Shown: positions 9,523 to 18,748, counted from the stretch's first letter. The stretch: 32,099 bases of DNA from an uncultured Cytophagia bacterium (GCA_964554965.1 CAZKQR010000002.1:1-32099), one strand, 5' to 3'. Numbers and translations: made by a program. The notes: a model not told the origin generated them from the sequence alone.

Positions 9523-10059
9523 CTATAAAATTCCCGCGCTGATGACCACTTCAGGGAACAACTCGTAACCGACATTGTTCACTTTGATGCTGCGCGCCGC
9601 ATCCATGGTGCTGACCAGGGTCTGATAGTCTATATTCATCTCGGCCTGAATGATGATCTTGCGGGTGTCCATCGGCGAAGTGACCACGCGCTGCTTGAGC
9701 TCATACAGTTTGCGATTGAGCGCATCGAAATCATAGCCTCCGTCGGGCCGCAGGCCGATGGTGGGCCCGCCGGTGGCCGGATCCCGAAGCACCGCTTGCG
9801 AGCTGGAGAGATAAAAACCCCGCGCGGTGATCGAAATGGTCAGATCCAGTCCCGGCTGCGCCTCTTTGGCCATCATCGTCTGACTCACCGGGCCGCCGGC
9901 GGCACGGGGCAGATTCAACTCGATGACGCCGTACTTGACGAATTGGGTGGTGGACAAAAGAAGCGGTATCAACACCACCATCATATTCATCACCGGAAAC
10001 AGGTTGAGCTCCACCTGTTCCGGTTCCAGATGACGACGTTGAGAGGGTTTATAAGCCAT
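9523..10059 (-). CDS. ExbD/TolR-family protein (paralog with Asn in place of the TM Asp)
   Basis: 178-aa ORF with the same architecture. TM helix LNLFPVMNMMVVLIPLLL, with codon AAT at 9987-9985 (Asn25) where ExbD/TolR have Asp. Its start is 2 nt after the ExbB-like stop. Confidence 0.9.
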   Translation of the reverse strand: MAYKPSQRRHLEPEQVELNLFPVMNMMVVLIPLLLSTTQFVKYGVIELNLPRAAGGPVSQTMMAKEAQPGLDLTISITARGFYLSSSQAVLRDPATGGPTIGLRPDGGYDFDALNRKLYELKQRVVTSPMDTRKIIIQAEMNIDYQTLVSTMDAARSIKVNNVGYELFPEVVISAGIL

Positions 10060-10061
10060 GC

Positions 10062-10712
10062 TTAACGATTCCCGGTTAACAGGTTAATCAGTTTCACCAT
10101 GTGCTCGTCGATCTCATCGATGATCTTGCCGGTCCGGTTGGTCAGATAGGTGTAGGCGAAAATCGTCGGAATGGCGATGAACAGACCCACCAACGTGGTG
10201 TTCATGGCCGTGGAGATGCCGGCCGCCAACAGACGGGCTTTTTCCGATGCATCGATGCCCGGCGCAGAAATCGAACGGAAGGCGATGATCAGACCGTAGA
10301 TGGTGCCGAGCAAACCCAGCAGCGTGGCGATGTTGGCCAGCATGGCCAGATAATTGGTCCGCGCCTGCAGCTTGGGGATGACTTCGAGCATGCCCTCATC
10401 CACCGCGTTCTGAATGGAGCGGAAATCCACCTGCTGCTTATTGACTACAGAGCGCAAGCCGCTGGCCACGACCTTGGGCAGCGCCCGGTCCTTGGCGCGC
10501 AGGCAGAGATCCAGAGCGTCCTCCAGCTTGCCGGCGGTAACCAGTTTCCGGATCTCTCCCATAAACTTTTCGGCATTGATGTCACTGCGGCCGAGGATAA
10601 AGATCGCACGTTCGATGGCGATCGCCACCGCGAACACCGCTGGAATCACCAACGCCCACATGTAAAAATAACCGGCAGCGTCCGGACTAAAGTTACGGAA
10701 TATCTCAGCCAT
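10062..10712 (-). CDS. MotA/TolQ/ExbB proton-channel family protein
   Basis: ORF 10062-10733. I place the start at ATG 10712 (MAEIFRNF...), preceded by GGGAGG at 5-6 nt. Three TM helices with the family-typical C-terminal pair (LANIATLLGLLGTIYGLI, AAGISTAMNTTLVGLFIAIP). Confidence 0.9.
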   Translation of the reverse strand: MAEIFRNFSPDAAGYFYMWALVIPAVFAVAIAIERAIFILGRSDINAEKFMGEIRKLVTAGKLEDALDLCLRAKDRALPKVVASGLRSVVNKQQVDFRSIQNAVDEGMLEVIPKLQARTNYLAMLANIATLLGLLGTIYGLIIAFRSISAPGIDASEKARLLAAGISTAMNTTLVGLFIAIPTIFAYTYLTNRTGKIIDEIDEHMVKLINLLTGNR

Positions 10713-10768
10713 GGAAGCCTCCCAAAAGAGCAATAAAAGAATGCGTGCCGAACGAATAAAATAAAAAG

Positions 10769-10797
10769 AATATATTCTTATTTCTTTTCTTTAGCAA
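10769..10797 (-). promoter_or_regulatory. candidate internal promoter ahead of the ExbB/ExbD/TonB-like genes
   Basis: Minus strand: TTGCTA (10797-10792), exact 17-nt spacer, TATATT (10774-10769). It lies inside the last codons of the 114-aa gene, and the -10 overlaps a perfect 14-bp palindrome AAGAATATATTCTT (10766-10779). An AT-rich context makes chance matches likely. Confidence 0.3.
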
Positions 10798-11122
10798 GAT
10801 TTTTTTTGGCCGTTTGCATGCGCGCCCCCTCCTCCTTTTCCCGAGCCACCTCGTCGAGAAACACCGGCCGCTGTTTGAGCTCGGCATCGAAGGAGCGCGT
10901 CAGAGGCGCCGCCTCGCCGACCTCCGGAGCCACCCGCTTGGGAATCAGGGTGACCGCCGGTTTTTCGATCACCGCTTCGATATGGATGTCCTCCAGGGAC
11001 ACCTCCGTGGCCGCCGACGGCGCCGGCAATCCCCTGGTCGAGTCAGCGACCGCCGGGGACGGTTCCTGGCTGCCGGCTATGGCCGCCAGGATCACTATGA
11101 ACAACATCAAACAGTGTCGCAT
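10778..11122 (-). CDS. small secreted protein, no recognised family
   Basis: 114-aa ORF. ATG 11122 preceded by GAGGCAGG. Signal peptide MRHCLMLFIVILAAIAGS, a Pro/Ala-rich mature part with the segment EDIHIEAVIEKPAVTLIPKR, and a Lys/Glu-rich tail. It lies between the TPR genes and the motor genes. Confidence 0.6.
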   Translation of the reverse strand: MRHCLMLFIVILAAIAGSQEPSPAVADSTRGLPAPSAATEVSLEDIHIEAVIEKPAVTLIPKRVAPEVGEAAPLTRSFDAELKQRPVFLDEVAREKEEGARMQTAKKNLAKEKK

Positions 11123-11204
11123 CCTGCCTCAATCCTTGATTCATTGCCCTGCGTCTCGCGGCTGCACCGCGGGCCTTGCCCATTACCGGCGCCGGTCGCA
11201 CCGG

Positions 11205-14200
11205 TTACCGCTGTCCGGCGTGCATCGAACTCGACCTCTCCCAGCCGGCGACCTGCCGCACTCGCAACTCTACCTGAAAAGAGGGCGGCCGGCCTTCACC
11301 CTTCATCACCTCCAGAGCGAGCAGATTCTGCCCGCTCACCAGACCCTCGGTGAGCTCCACTTCCATCATTTTGTTCTCCTCATCCGCGCCGTGAGTCTGC
11401 CGGATGAGCTCGCCGTTGAGGTACACTCCCACAGCATGAGCCGCCGGAAACGACACCCAGCCGCGGACCGGCAAACCGGTCACGGTAAAAAACTTTCGCA
11501 AAAACATTTTTGGAACCGGGATCAAGCGCACCACCAGGGAGTCGCTGGGATCGCTGACCGGCTCCAGCAGCCAGACGGCCCGACGGTCCAGCGGATCCAC
11601 CGCTGCAACCCGGGACCATCGCGAGGCGTCAAAATCCGCGCCAGCCCAACCGGTCATAGAGATGGACGCGGCTCGCCAGGTGGTATCGCTGACGGTCAGC
11701 TGCTCCTCGACTTTAAGGTTCATCGCCGCCGCATAGTTCTCCGGATCCACGGCCACCAGCAGAGTGAGAACCTCTTTCGCCGCCAGGCTGTTGATGGCGA
11801 ACTCTTTGGACAAACCATAGCCACGTTCCAGCACCTCTTTTTCTACATGACGCAGAGTCGACCGGTTGCTGTCAAAAGTAAACAGCGCTTCTTCAAAAAT
11901 GGGGTCTTCGCTCTGAGCAAAGCGGCGGCCGGCCAACGCGGCGCGTTCCTTGGCGTCCGCTGTAACCAGCTCGCATTGTTCGGCAAACTGAAAAACCCGC
12001 CACAGCAGGCTGTCCTGAAAAGCGACGGCTGTTGTTTCATCTACGCGCCAATGGGGGAGCATGAGCAAAGTCCGCCGGTAGCCCGCCAGAGCGCTGTCCA
12101 TGATGGCCTGGGAAAAATCCACCATGTTGGACATATCCTTGGCGTAGGTGGCCAGAGCATCGAGCTGGTCCTCCAGGGAGCGGCCGCTGTAGATCAGATT
12201 GGAATAATTGATGAATTGATTCGAAAGCGTCGCCAGTCCATCAACCGCCAAACGGCTGAAGCCTTTGGGAATGGCGCTGTGCGCGGCGAGCAGCTTTTTC
12301 CTGGACAGAGCGACCCAGGGCGAATCATAGCTCATGGAATCGGCAGAAAGAATGTTCGCCTGATGGCCGGCCAACGCCTGCTGCAGCAGCGGAATGGCGC
12401 CGATCTGCAGCAACTGCTTCTGATAGACCAGACGCTGAAGATCATTGAGCCCTTTGGGAACCGGAGCGTTCTGCACCGCCAGGGCGGACTGATACCGCCA
12501 TTCGCCCATGTTGTAGTGGACCTCTGTCAGCCTCTCCTTTGAACGGTCGATCCATTTGTCGGCGATGCGCAGCATGCTGTCCTGGGCCGCGGTGGCGGAC
12601 ACCTGAGCGCTGTCCGAGAGGCCTTTCGTCAGATCCAGGTAATAGCTCTCTTTCAACCGGGACAATCCCTTGATGGCGTTGCGAAACACTATGGCCGCGC
12701 GTTCAGAGAGAACCACGGCGGCGTCGTTGATCTCCTTCTGAGCGACGATCCGGCGGTTGCTCTCCATCTCCGGCAGTTCCTGAGCCGCCCAGGTTTCAGC
12801 GAACCGTTGATAAGCGACACCCACCAGGTGGGTGGCCTCATACACGCGGGGTGTGCCATAGCCGGCGCAGTTGCCCAGACGGCGGACGATCTCGAGCAGC
12901 AGCTCCTTTTTCTGCTCTTTCGCCGCCGCCAGATCAGCCGGCGGCAGACGGAAGGCAATGGCATCAAACGCCTCGGTTTGGATCGCGGCGATGGCGAACT
13001 CGGATTCTGCGGCATAATAATCGTTACGATCCAGGCCTTTGCGGTGCAGGGCCTCGCTGAGGCCGGCGGCCTGCAGGAATTCCTGCAGCGCTTTGCCCGA
13101 CTGGCCCAGCTGATGGAAATGGAGGCCGCGCAGATACGCGGCCTCCACCGTACGCGGGGATTCGGGAAATTTTTTGATAAAAGCGGACAGCGCGTCGAGG
13201 GATTTCTCCTGCTTGTTCATCCGCTGATAATACACTGCGATGTCAAACGCCGCATCATCGGCATATTCGTCGGTGGGAAAGCGCTGCAAAAACGAACGGT
13301 TGATCTTGATCGCGCTCTCCCAATCCTCTGATCGGGCGTAATACAGCCCGGCGTTGTACAGCGCGTCGCGCGCTTTGAGGGTGTCCGTCTGTATCGAGGC
13401 CAGGCGTTCGTAGGTCAGGGCGGCGTTGCGATAGTCGCGCACCTCCACATAGTCAAAGGCCAGGTTGTTCTGCGCATCGAGCACATAGGCCGATTTGGGC
13501 TGGGTCGTCAGCAAGGCCCCGTAGGTTTCGATCGCCCGGTTGTACTCGGTGGCCTTGTCGAATTCCAGCGCTGCGTTGAACAGCGCCAGGTCGGCGAACG
13601 CGCTTTTCGGCGCCTCGGTGACCACCCGGCGGTACTCGTTGCCCGCCTCCAGATGCTTGTTGTCCTCTGCCAGCATCTCCGCCGCCAGATAGATGGATTC
13701 CGCCAGACGCCGGCTGGCCCGGGTTTTGGTCTCCTCAGACGCGTCGCTGTTGGCGATGCGGCGGGCGATGATCTCCGCGCTGCGGAAATCCGCTTTGCCG
13801 AAATAGCTCTCCATAATGGCGCTGCGGGCCTGGGCGAACTCTTCGCTGCCCGGGAAATGACGCAGCAGGGTGTTGAAATATTTCAAAGCCTCTTTGTATT
13901 GATGGCGATGATAATACAGCGCGCCGGCGTTGGCGAGAAAAACCGGCGTCTCGGAATCGTGCGGGAACAGCTTGATATAGTTGTCATAGGCCTGAGCCAG
14001 CCGCTGCTCCTCGGCCGTGAGCTGGTGCGGCTCAAGCTTCATCCTTTCGCGGAACTTGACTCCCTGGGGATTTTTGGTCTCCTTTTGCAGATCCGCCAGC
14101 GAGACGGTCTGCTGCGCCGCCCGTTCGGCGTCGGTGATCTCCTCCAGCGCAGCGTCGCGCGCCAGGGCCACGGCGTTGGTGGCGGCGAAACGCTGATAGG

Positions 14201-15755
14201 GCGAATTCCAATACAGGTTGCTGACGCGGAGATATTCGTCGAAAGCCTGCTGCGTCTGCTTGAGTTTGGTGTCCATGGTCAATGCCATGTTCCAGTGGAT
14301 CAGCGCAGCGCTCGAGTCCGCGGCAAAGCCGTCCAGATATTTCCGGCTCTGCAGCACCGCCTGCTGAAAAAACTCGATCTGGCCGGTCTCCTGGCCGCGG
14401 TTCAGCAGCACGGTGATGTTGTCGCGCAGCGCACTCTCGACCTGCAGCAGCGCCCGTTTGCGCACCGCGGCGTCCGTATTCCGGTTCCACCAGTCGCTGC
14501 CTTGGCCATAGGTGGTGCACAGGACCTCGCGGCTGCGAAAGGCCTGCGCCTGATCCTCCAGGCGGCGATGACATTGCACGATGCGGTTCTGCACCACCGG
14601 CGCCAGCGGATCGTTCGGATACAGCGTCAGCAGCAGGGTGAACGCCTGCAGCGCGTTGGGATAATCCTCTTTCTCGTTGAAATAGGCGTCGCCGATGCGC
14701 TTGAGCACCTGAACGCCATAGTCGCGGCCGCCGATTTTCCGCAGATAGTCGGCCGCCCGGTTAGCGCCGCCGTAATCCAGAAACGAAAGACCAATGTATT
14801 CCACGGATTCATCCACCAGAGAGGGGTTGGTGAATTTCTCTTGCGGATCGAACTGCCGGGCTTTTTCGATGTCATCGGCAAGCCGGGTAAAATAAGAGAT
14901 CGCCCGCGGGTAGTCGTTCATCCGGTAGTAACACCACCCGAGGCGATACAGGGCTTCGTTGTAGCGCGGGCTGTCGTAAAAGGGAAGGATGCGTTCGAAA
15001 TAGGTGATGGCGGTCTCCACCGCATTCACCGGCGGATTAAAATAATACTCGCCTAGCCGCATTAATGCATCCGGCATGAGACTGCTGCGCGGAAAATCAT
15101 TCACCACTTTTTCATAAAACGCCCGGCTGCTGTCGGCAAAACCGGACTCCTCCATCAGAAAGCCGATGTTGAAAAACGCATCGTCCACCAGATCGCCGTG
15201 GGGATATTTTTCCACCACCGACACATAGAGGTCCAAAGCCTTGCCGATGTTTTTCTGCGGCTCTGTGGGTGGCGTCGGCTGCTGGCCGCGTTCGTAGAGC
15301 GCGTAGAGGCGGTCGTACTCTTGCATCTCCAGCTGAAAATCATCCTGCGCCTGCTCATAATACAGCTCGGCCAGGCGCATCATCACTTTGTCGCCGGATT
15401 TGCCGGCGGGTTTGCGCGACAGAAACAGTTCGCCGTCGCGGATGCCGCGCTTGCGCAGTTCCAGCCGTTCGTTCTGCAGCCGGGTGATCTCGCGTGCATA
15501 ATGACTGCGAAAGCGCTCCAGCTCTTCCAGCGAAAAGGATTTGATCACGGAATCGCGCATGGCAAGAAACGCGCGGGCTGAATCGCCGACGGTGCGGGTA
15601 TCGGCCGCCCGGCCCGGTCCACAGAGGGCGCACCCCCACAGCCCCAGCAGCAGCGCCCGGATCAGAGTGCGCCGTACGGTTGTCTGGCTGATACATTGTC
15701 CTGGTACCACAATGGCCTCGGTTATACGAATGGTCGCCGGCAGCATGGTCTGCAA
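11205..15755 (-). CDS. giant exported TPR-repeat protein with a C-terminal galactose-binding-like domain
   Basis: 1516-aa ORF from TTG 15755. Alternative starts are ATG 15746 and GTG 15710, the latter preceded by GAGG. Signal-like RRTLIRALLLGLWGCALCGPGRA/AD. Many BamD/CpoB-like TPR units with recurring helix-capping modules (KYPHGDLVDDAFFNIG, DFPRSSLMPDALMRLG, HFPGSEEFAQARSAI, RFPTDEYADDAAFDIA, KFPESPRTVEAAYLRG). The last ~160 aa are non-TPR. Confidence 0.85.
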   Translation of the reverse strand: MQTMLPATIRITEAIVVPGQCISQTTVRRTLIRALLLGLWGCALCGPGRAADTRTVGDSARAFLAMRDSVIKSFSLEELERFRSHYAREITRLQNERLELRKRGIRDGELFLSRKPAGKSGDKVMMRLAELYYEQAQDDFQLEMQEYDRLYALYERGQQPTPPTEPQKNIGKALDLYVSVVEKYPHGDLVDDAFFNIGFLMEESGFADSSRAFYEKVVNDFPRSSLMPDALMRLGEYYFNPPVNAVETAITYFERILPFYDSPRYNEALYRLGWCYYRMNDYPRAISYFTRLADDIEKARQFDPQEKFTNPSLVDESVEYIGLSFLDYGGANRAADYLRKIGGRDYGVQVLKRIGDAYFNEKEDYPNALQAFTLLLTLYPNDPLAPVVQNRIVQCHRRLEDQAQAFRSREVLCTTYGQGSDWWNRNTDAAVRKRALLQVESALRDNITVLLNRGQETGQIEFFQQAVLQSRKYLDGFAADSSAALIHWNMALTMDTKLKQTQQAFDEYLRVSNLYWNSPYQRFAATNAVALARDAALEEITDAERAAQQTVSLADLQKETKNPQGVKFRERMKLEPHQLTAEEQRLAQAYDNYIKLFPHDSETPVFLANAGALYYHRHQYKEALKYFNTLLRHFPGSEEFAQARSAIMESYFGKADFRSAEIIARRIANSDASEETKTRASRRLAESIYLAAEMLAEDNKHLEAGNEYRRVVTEAPKSAFADLALFNAALEFDKATEYNRAIETYGALLTTQPKSAYVLDAQNNLAFDYVEVRDYRNAALTYERLASIQTDTLKARDALYNAGLYYARSEDWESAIKINRSFLQRFPTDEYADDAAFDIAVYYQRMNKQEKSLDALSAFIKKFPESPRTVEAAYLRGLHFHQLGQSGKALQEFLQAAGLSEALHRKGLDRNDYYAAESEFAIAAIQTEAFDAIAFRLPPADLAAAKEQKKELLLEIVRRLGNCAGYGTPRVYEATHLVGVAYQRFAETWAAQELPEMESNRRIVAQKEINDAAVVLSERAAIVFRNAIKGLSRLKESYYLDLTKGLSDSAQVSATAAQDSMLRIADKWIDRSKERLTEVHYNMGEWRYQSALAVQNAPVPKGLNDLQRLVYQKQLLQIGAIPLLQQALAGHQANILSADSMSYDSPWVALSRKKLLAAHSAIPKGFSRLAVDGLATLSNQFINYSNLIYSGRSLEDQLDALATYAKDMSNMVDFSQAIMDSALAGYRRTLLMLPHWRVDETTAVAFQDSLLWRVFQFAEQCELVTADAKERAALAGRRFAQSEDPIFEEALFTFDSNRSTLRHVEKEVLERGYGLSKEFAINSLAAKEVLTLLVAVDPENYAAAMNLKVEEQLTVSDTTWRAASISMTGWAGADFDASRWSRVAAVDPLDRRAVWLLEPVSDPSDSLVVRLIPVPKMFLRKFFTVTGLPVRGWVSFPAAHAVGVYLNGELIRQTHGADEENKMMEVELTEGLVSGQNLLALEVMKGEGRPPSFQVELRVRQVAGWERSSSMHAGQR

Positions 15756-15770
15756 GTCAGCGGAGAAAAG

Positions 15771-18674
15771 CTAGGGCGTCTGCGTCCGGTTGAGTTGCTC
15801 TTCCCACCCTTCCTGCTCCTGCTCTTTCTTGTCGAAATAAAACTTGTCAAAATAGGTCTGCCGTTCCAGCTGCTCCAGTTGGATCTTGCGGGACAACAGG
15901 CTGTCCTGCAGTCTGCGAATGTCATTTTCATAGCCCTGCAGCCGTGATTCGATCTCGCTCCGGCGATCCGCCAGAACCGCTTCGATGCCTTTCAGCCGCT
16001 CGGCATATTGATCGATGGTGTTCAAACGGTTCGAACGTTCTTTGTAGATGATGTCAGTCAGGCCGAAACCGGCCAGATCGTTCCACAGCTCGGCATTGGC
16101 CGCCACGGGTTCGGGCCGGACGTCGGCCACGCTTTTGCGCAGCACGCTGAGGCGATCCCGCAGATGGCTCAGATCGGTCTCGAGCAGGTCCAGATCATTG
16201 CGGCTGCCGGCAGCCCCCTTATTCCGGCTGAGCCGCTGATACTCTGAGACCAGGTCCACATTGCGCTCCAGACGACGTTTTTCCAACTCGAGGTCGCGAA
16301 CCACTTCAGTCAGATTGGTGCGCTGATACTCCCGGCTCGCTTCCTTGGCGGCCAGCGGAAAATCGAGCAGGAAAGCGGTGTTCACCACCTCCTGGTCAGA
16401 GCGATAGGTTTCCAGAACACGGACGATCCGCGCCAGCTGTTTGCGGGCTTGCTCAGCCAGGTCCGGCCGGTTCTCCTGTTCCGCTATTTCAATCACCGCT
16501 TCCAGATCATCCAATTGGTTGAAAAGCTCGAGCCGTTCATCGTAATAATCCTGCAGCAGCAGGCTGCCGCTGTCCGTACGGCTGTTGACCACTTCCAGAT
16601 GGCCGCTGAGCTGTTCTTTGATCTTGTCGATCTCGGCGTACAGGGCCACCTGTTTTTTATCCAGAGCCTCACTCTCCAGGCGATTCAGCTCACGCTCATG
16701 GGCAGCCGCCGTCTCACGCTCCAGGTTGTAGGCTTGTTTTTTCTCCTTCTCATTCTGGCTGCGGACCACATAGCGATAGGCGTTCAACGCGCTCAGCGGC
16801 TGCTGCAGAAGCCGTTTGCAGTGGCCGGCCAGGGTCAGCGCTTCATAGGTGAATTGAGAGGCGAGAAAGTCGTTGAGCAGTTGGGAGGAGCGCGCCAGAG
16901 ACCGGTCATAATCGCCCAGGCGCAAACTGGCCCAAGCCTGGCCGATCAGCGCCTGATCATAGTTTTCAAAACCCTGAGAGACCCGTTCGAAATAGGAGAG
17001 CGCGTTTTGGAATTCGCCGCGCTGATAGTGGATCAGGCCCAATTTCAGCAGCGCGGTGTTGCGGATATAAGCGGTCTGCAGATCGGTCCACGGATAGCTG
17101 GCCTCGTCGGTCAAAGATTGTAGAATGGGAATGGCTTTGGCGAAATCATTTTGATTCAAATGCACAAGAGCGAGCAACATCTGCGCCGGCATATGGTATT
17201 CGGAAGAAGAAGGAATGGCGTCGATGGCGCGGCTGGAGGCAGCCAGATCGTTGTCGGTGAATAACCGGTTGGCCGCCATATAATGGGCGAAGGTTCGTTG
17301 CTGTGCATCGGCCTGCGGTTCCTTGAGCAGCCGGTCATAATGAGTGAGAAAATCCTGCTGTAGATTAAAAGTGGCGGCGTACTGCATCAGACGGATCAGG
17401 CTGGCGGCGCGATAGCGGCTTGAGCTGGTGTCCGCGGCCAGGGCCGAATAGAGATCGCGCGCCGTATCATAGGCCTTGCGGTGATATTTGCATTCCGCCA
17501 GATAATAATTGAGCGGCACAAAATAAGAATAATAGGGGCTGAATTGCGCTTTGATGCTCTCGATCTGGAACTCGGCCAGCCGGTACTCGCCGGTGGAAAA
17601 ATTCACCGCCAGGCTGCCGAGTTCGCGCTGCAGCATGCGGTCGCGCTGATCCAGCGTGGCGGATTCCAGCAGCCGTTTTTGAATGATCTGATATTCGGTC
17701 AGCCGCGTTCGGACGTCCAGCAGCCGCTCTTTTTTCCAAACGTCGATGTAATCTGAAACCGTGGGATAGGCGGTGAGAGAATAGCCGGCCTGGCTCAGCA
17801 GGTCGATGAGGTTTTTGTCCACGCGGTTGAGCAGAGCGGATCTGACCGCCTCCAGCCGCCGGGCTTCCTGGGCGCTGCCGTTCTCTTTCAGCGAATCCAC
17901 CTGCTGCATGACCAGGCTCAGGGATTGCGCTTCGTGGCGCAGCCGCAGCATCGTGGTGTCGGCTATGGGGCCCAGTTTGTTCCAGCCGCTGAACACCTGA
18001 AACAGCCGCTTCTGCTGCTCGCTGATGCTGTTCAGAGCGTCCGCGTTGTTCTGCTGTTCCGCCCGGCCCCGGGCCCGTTCCAACGCATCATAGATATTGA
18101 GCAGAGAATCCAATTCGCCGGTGTATTCATCCAACATGCCGCCGACGCGGCGGCTGCTGTAAATCCCTTTCTTATAGAGCGCAGGATCGTCCACCGAGGC
18201 CAGCAGATCCTGTTTGGTGCCGGCCACTTGATTCAGCAGACGTTCGTCGCCGCGGTAATCCGCCACCCGCTGCAGTTTTTGCAGATCGTCATAGACATCC
18301 ACCAGCCGCGCCAGTTCCTGCTGATAAGAGTGTACCAGCGTATCGCGGTGATCATAGATCTGACGAAAGCCGGCCTGATCAGCGGCCAGCCCTTCCGGTC
18401 CGCGGGCCTTGATCTCCGCATGGAGGTTTTGCACCAGTTGCAGCACCTGACGTTCCTGGGCCAACAGGTCGCCCACCGCATCCCGGGTCTTGTCGTTGAG
18501 ATAATAGCGTAGTCGTTCTTCAAAGGGTATTTCAGGAGAAGGGCTCGTTTGCGCCCAGGCGATAGAGCGCACGGCGGTCAGCAGGAGAAGGAAGAGCACC
18601 ACCCCCCCAGGGCTAAGCAGTATCGGAACCCGTCGCCGGATGCAGAACGCGGGATGAAAGCGGAATCGATTCAT
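15771..18674 (-). CDS. exported coiled-coil / TPR protein
   Basis: ORF 15771-18692 begins at GTG. I favour ATG 18674 (MNRFRFHP...), preceded by GGAAAGGG. Sec signal ...LLLLTAVRSIAWA/QT. Long E/R/L/Q-rich heptad regions at the N- and C-termini, with central TPR-like repeats (LGLIHYQRGEFQNALSYFERV, QAWASLRLGDYDRSLARSSQLL). Confidence 0.85.
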   Translation of the reverse strand: MNRFRFHPAFCIRRRVPILLSPGGVVLFLLLLTAVRSIAWAQTSPSPEIPFEERLRYYLNDKTRDAVGDLLAQERQVLQLVQNLHAEIKARGPEGLAADQAGFRQIYDHRDTLVHSYQQELARLVDVYDDLQKLQRVADYRGDERLLNQVAGTKQDLLASVDDPALYKKGIYSSRRVGGMLDEYTGELDSLLNIYDALERARGRAEQQNNADALNSISEQQKRLFQVFSGWNKLGPIADTTMLRLRHEAQSLSLVMQQVDSLKENGSAQEARRLEAVRSALLNRVDKNLIDLLSQAGYSLTAYPTVSDYIDVWKKERLLDVRTRLTEYQIIQKRLLESATLDQRDRMLQRELGSLAVNFSTGEYRLAEFQIESIKAQFSPYYSYFVPLNYYLAECKYHRKAYDTARDLYSALAADTSSSRYRAASLIRLMQYAATFNLQQDFLTHYDRLLKEPQADAQQRTFAHYMAANRLFTDNDLAASSRAIDAIPSSSEYHMPAQMLLALVHLNQNDFAKAIPILQSLTDEASYPWTDLQTAYIRNTALLKLGLIHYQRGEFQNALSYFERVSQGFENYDQALIGQAWASLRLGDYDRSLARSSQLLNDFLASQFTYEALTLAGHCKRLLQQPLSALNAYRYVVRSQNEKEKKQAYNLERETAAAHERELNRLESEALDKKQVALYAEIDKIKEQLSGHLEVVNSRTDSGSLLLQDYYDERLELFNQLDDLEAVIEIAEQENRPDLAEQARKQLARIVRVLETYRSDQEVVNTAFLLDFPLAAKEASREYQRTNLTEVVRDLELEKRRLERNVDLVSEYQRLSRNKGAAGSRNDLDLLETDLSHLRDRLSVLRKSVADVRPEPVAANAELWNDLAGFGLTDIIYKERSNRLNTIDQYAERLKGIEAVLADRRSEIESRLQGYENDIRRLQDSLLSRKIQLEQLERQTYFDKFYFDKKEQEQEGWEEQLNRTQTP

Positions 18675-18748
18675 GCGCTGCCCTTTCCACACACAAAAAG
18701 CGAAAACGGCGCGTAAGGGTGTTTGGCGCCGAATTCATATTTGAAATA

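Noticed and set aside
10806-15056. Long + strand ORFs (10806-12542, 578 aa; 13653-15056, 467 aa; 12807-13331) opposite the 1516-aa TPR gene
   Set aside because: These are antisense shadows with R/G/P/H/Q-rich low-information translations. The minus strand encodes a continuous TPR protein with regular repeat structure, a signal peptide and operon context.
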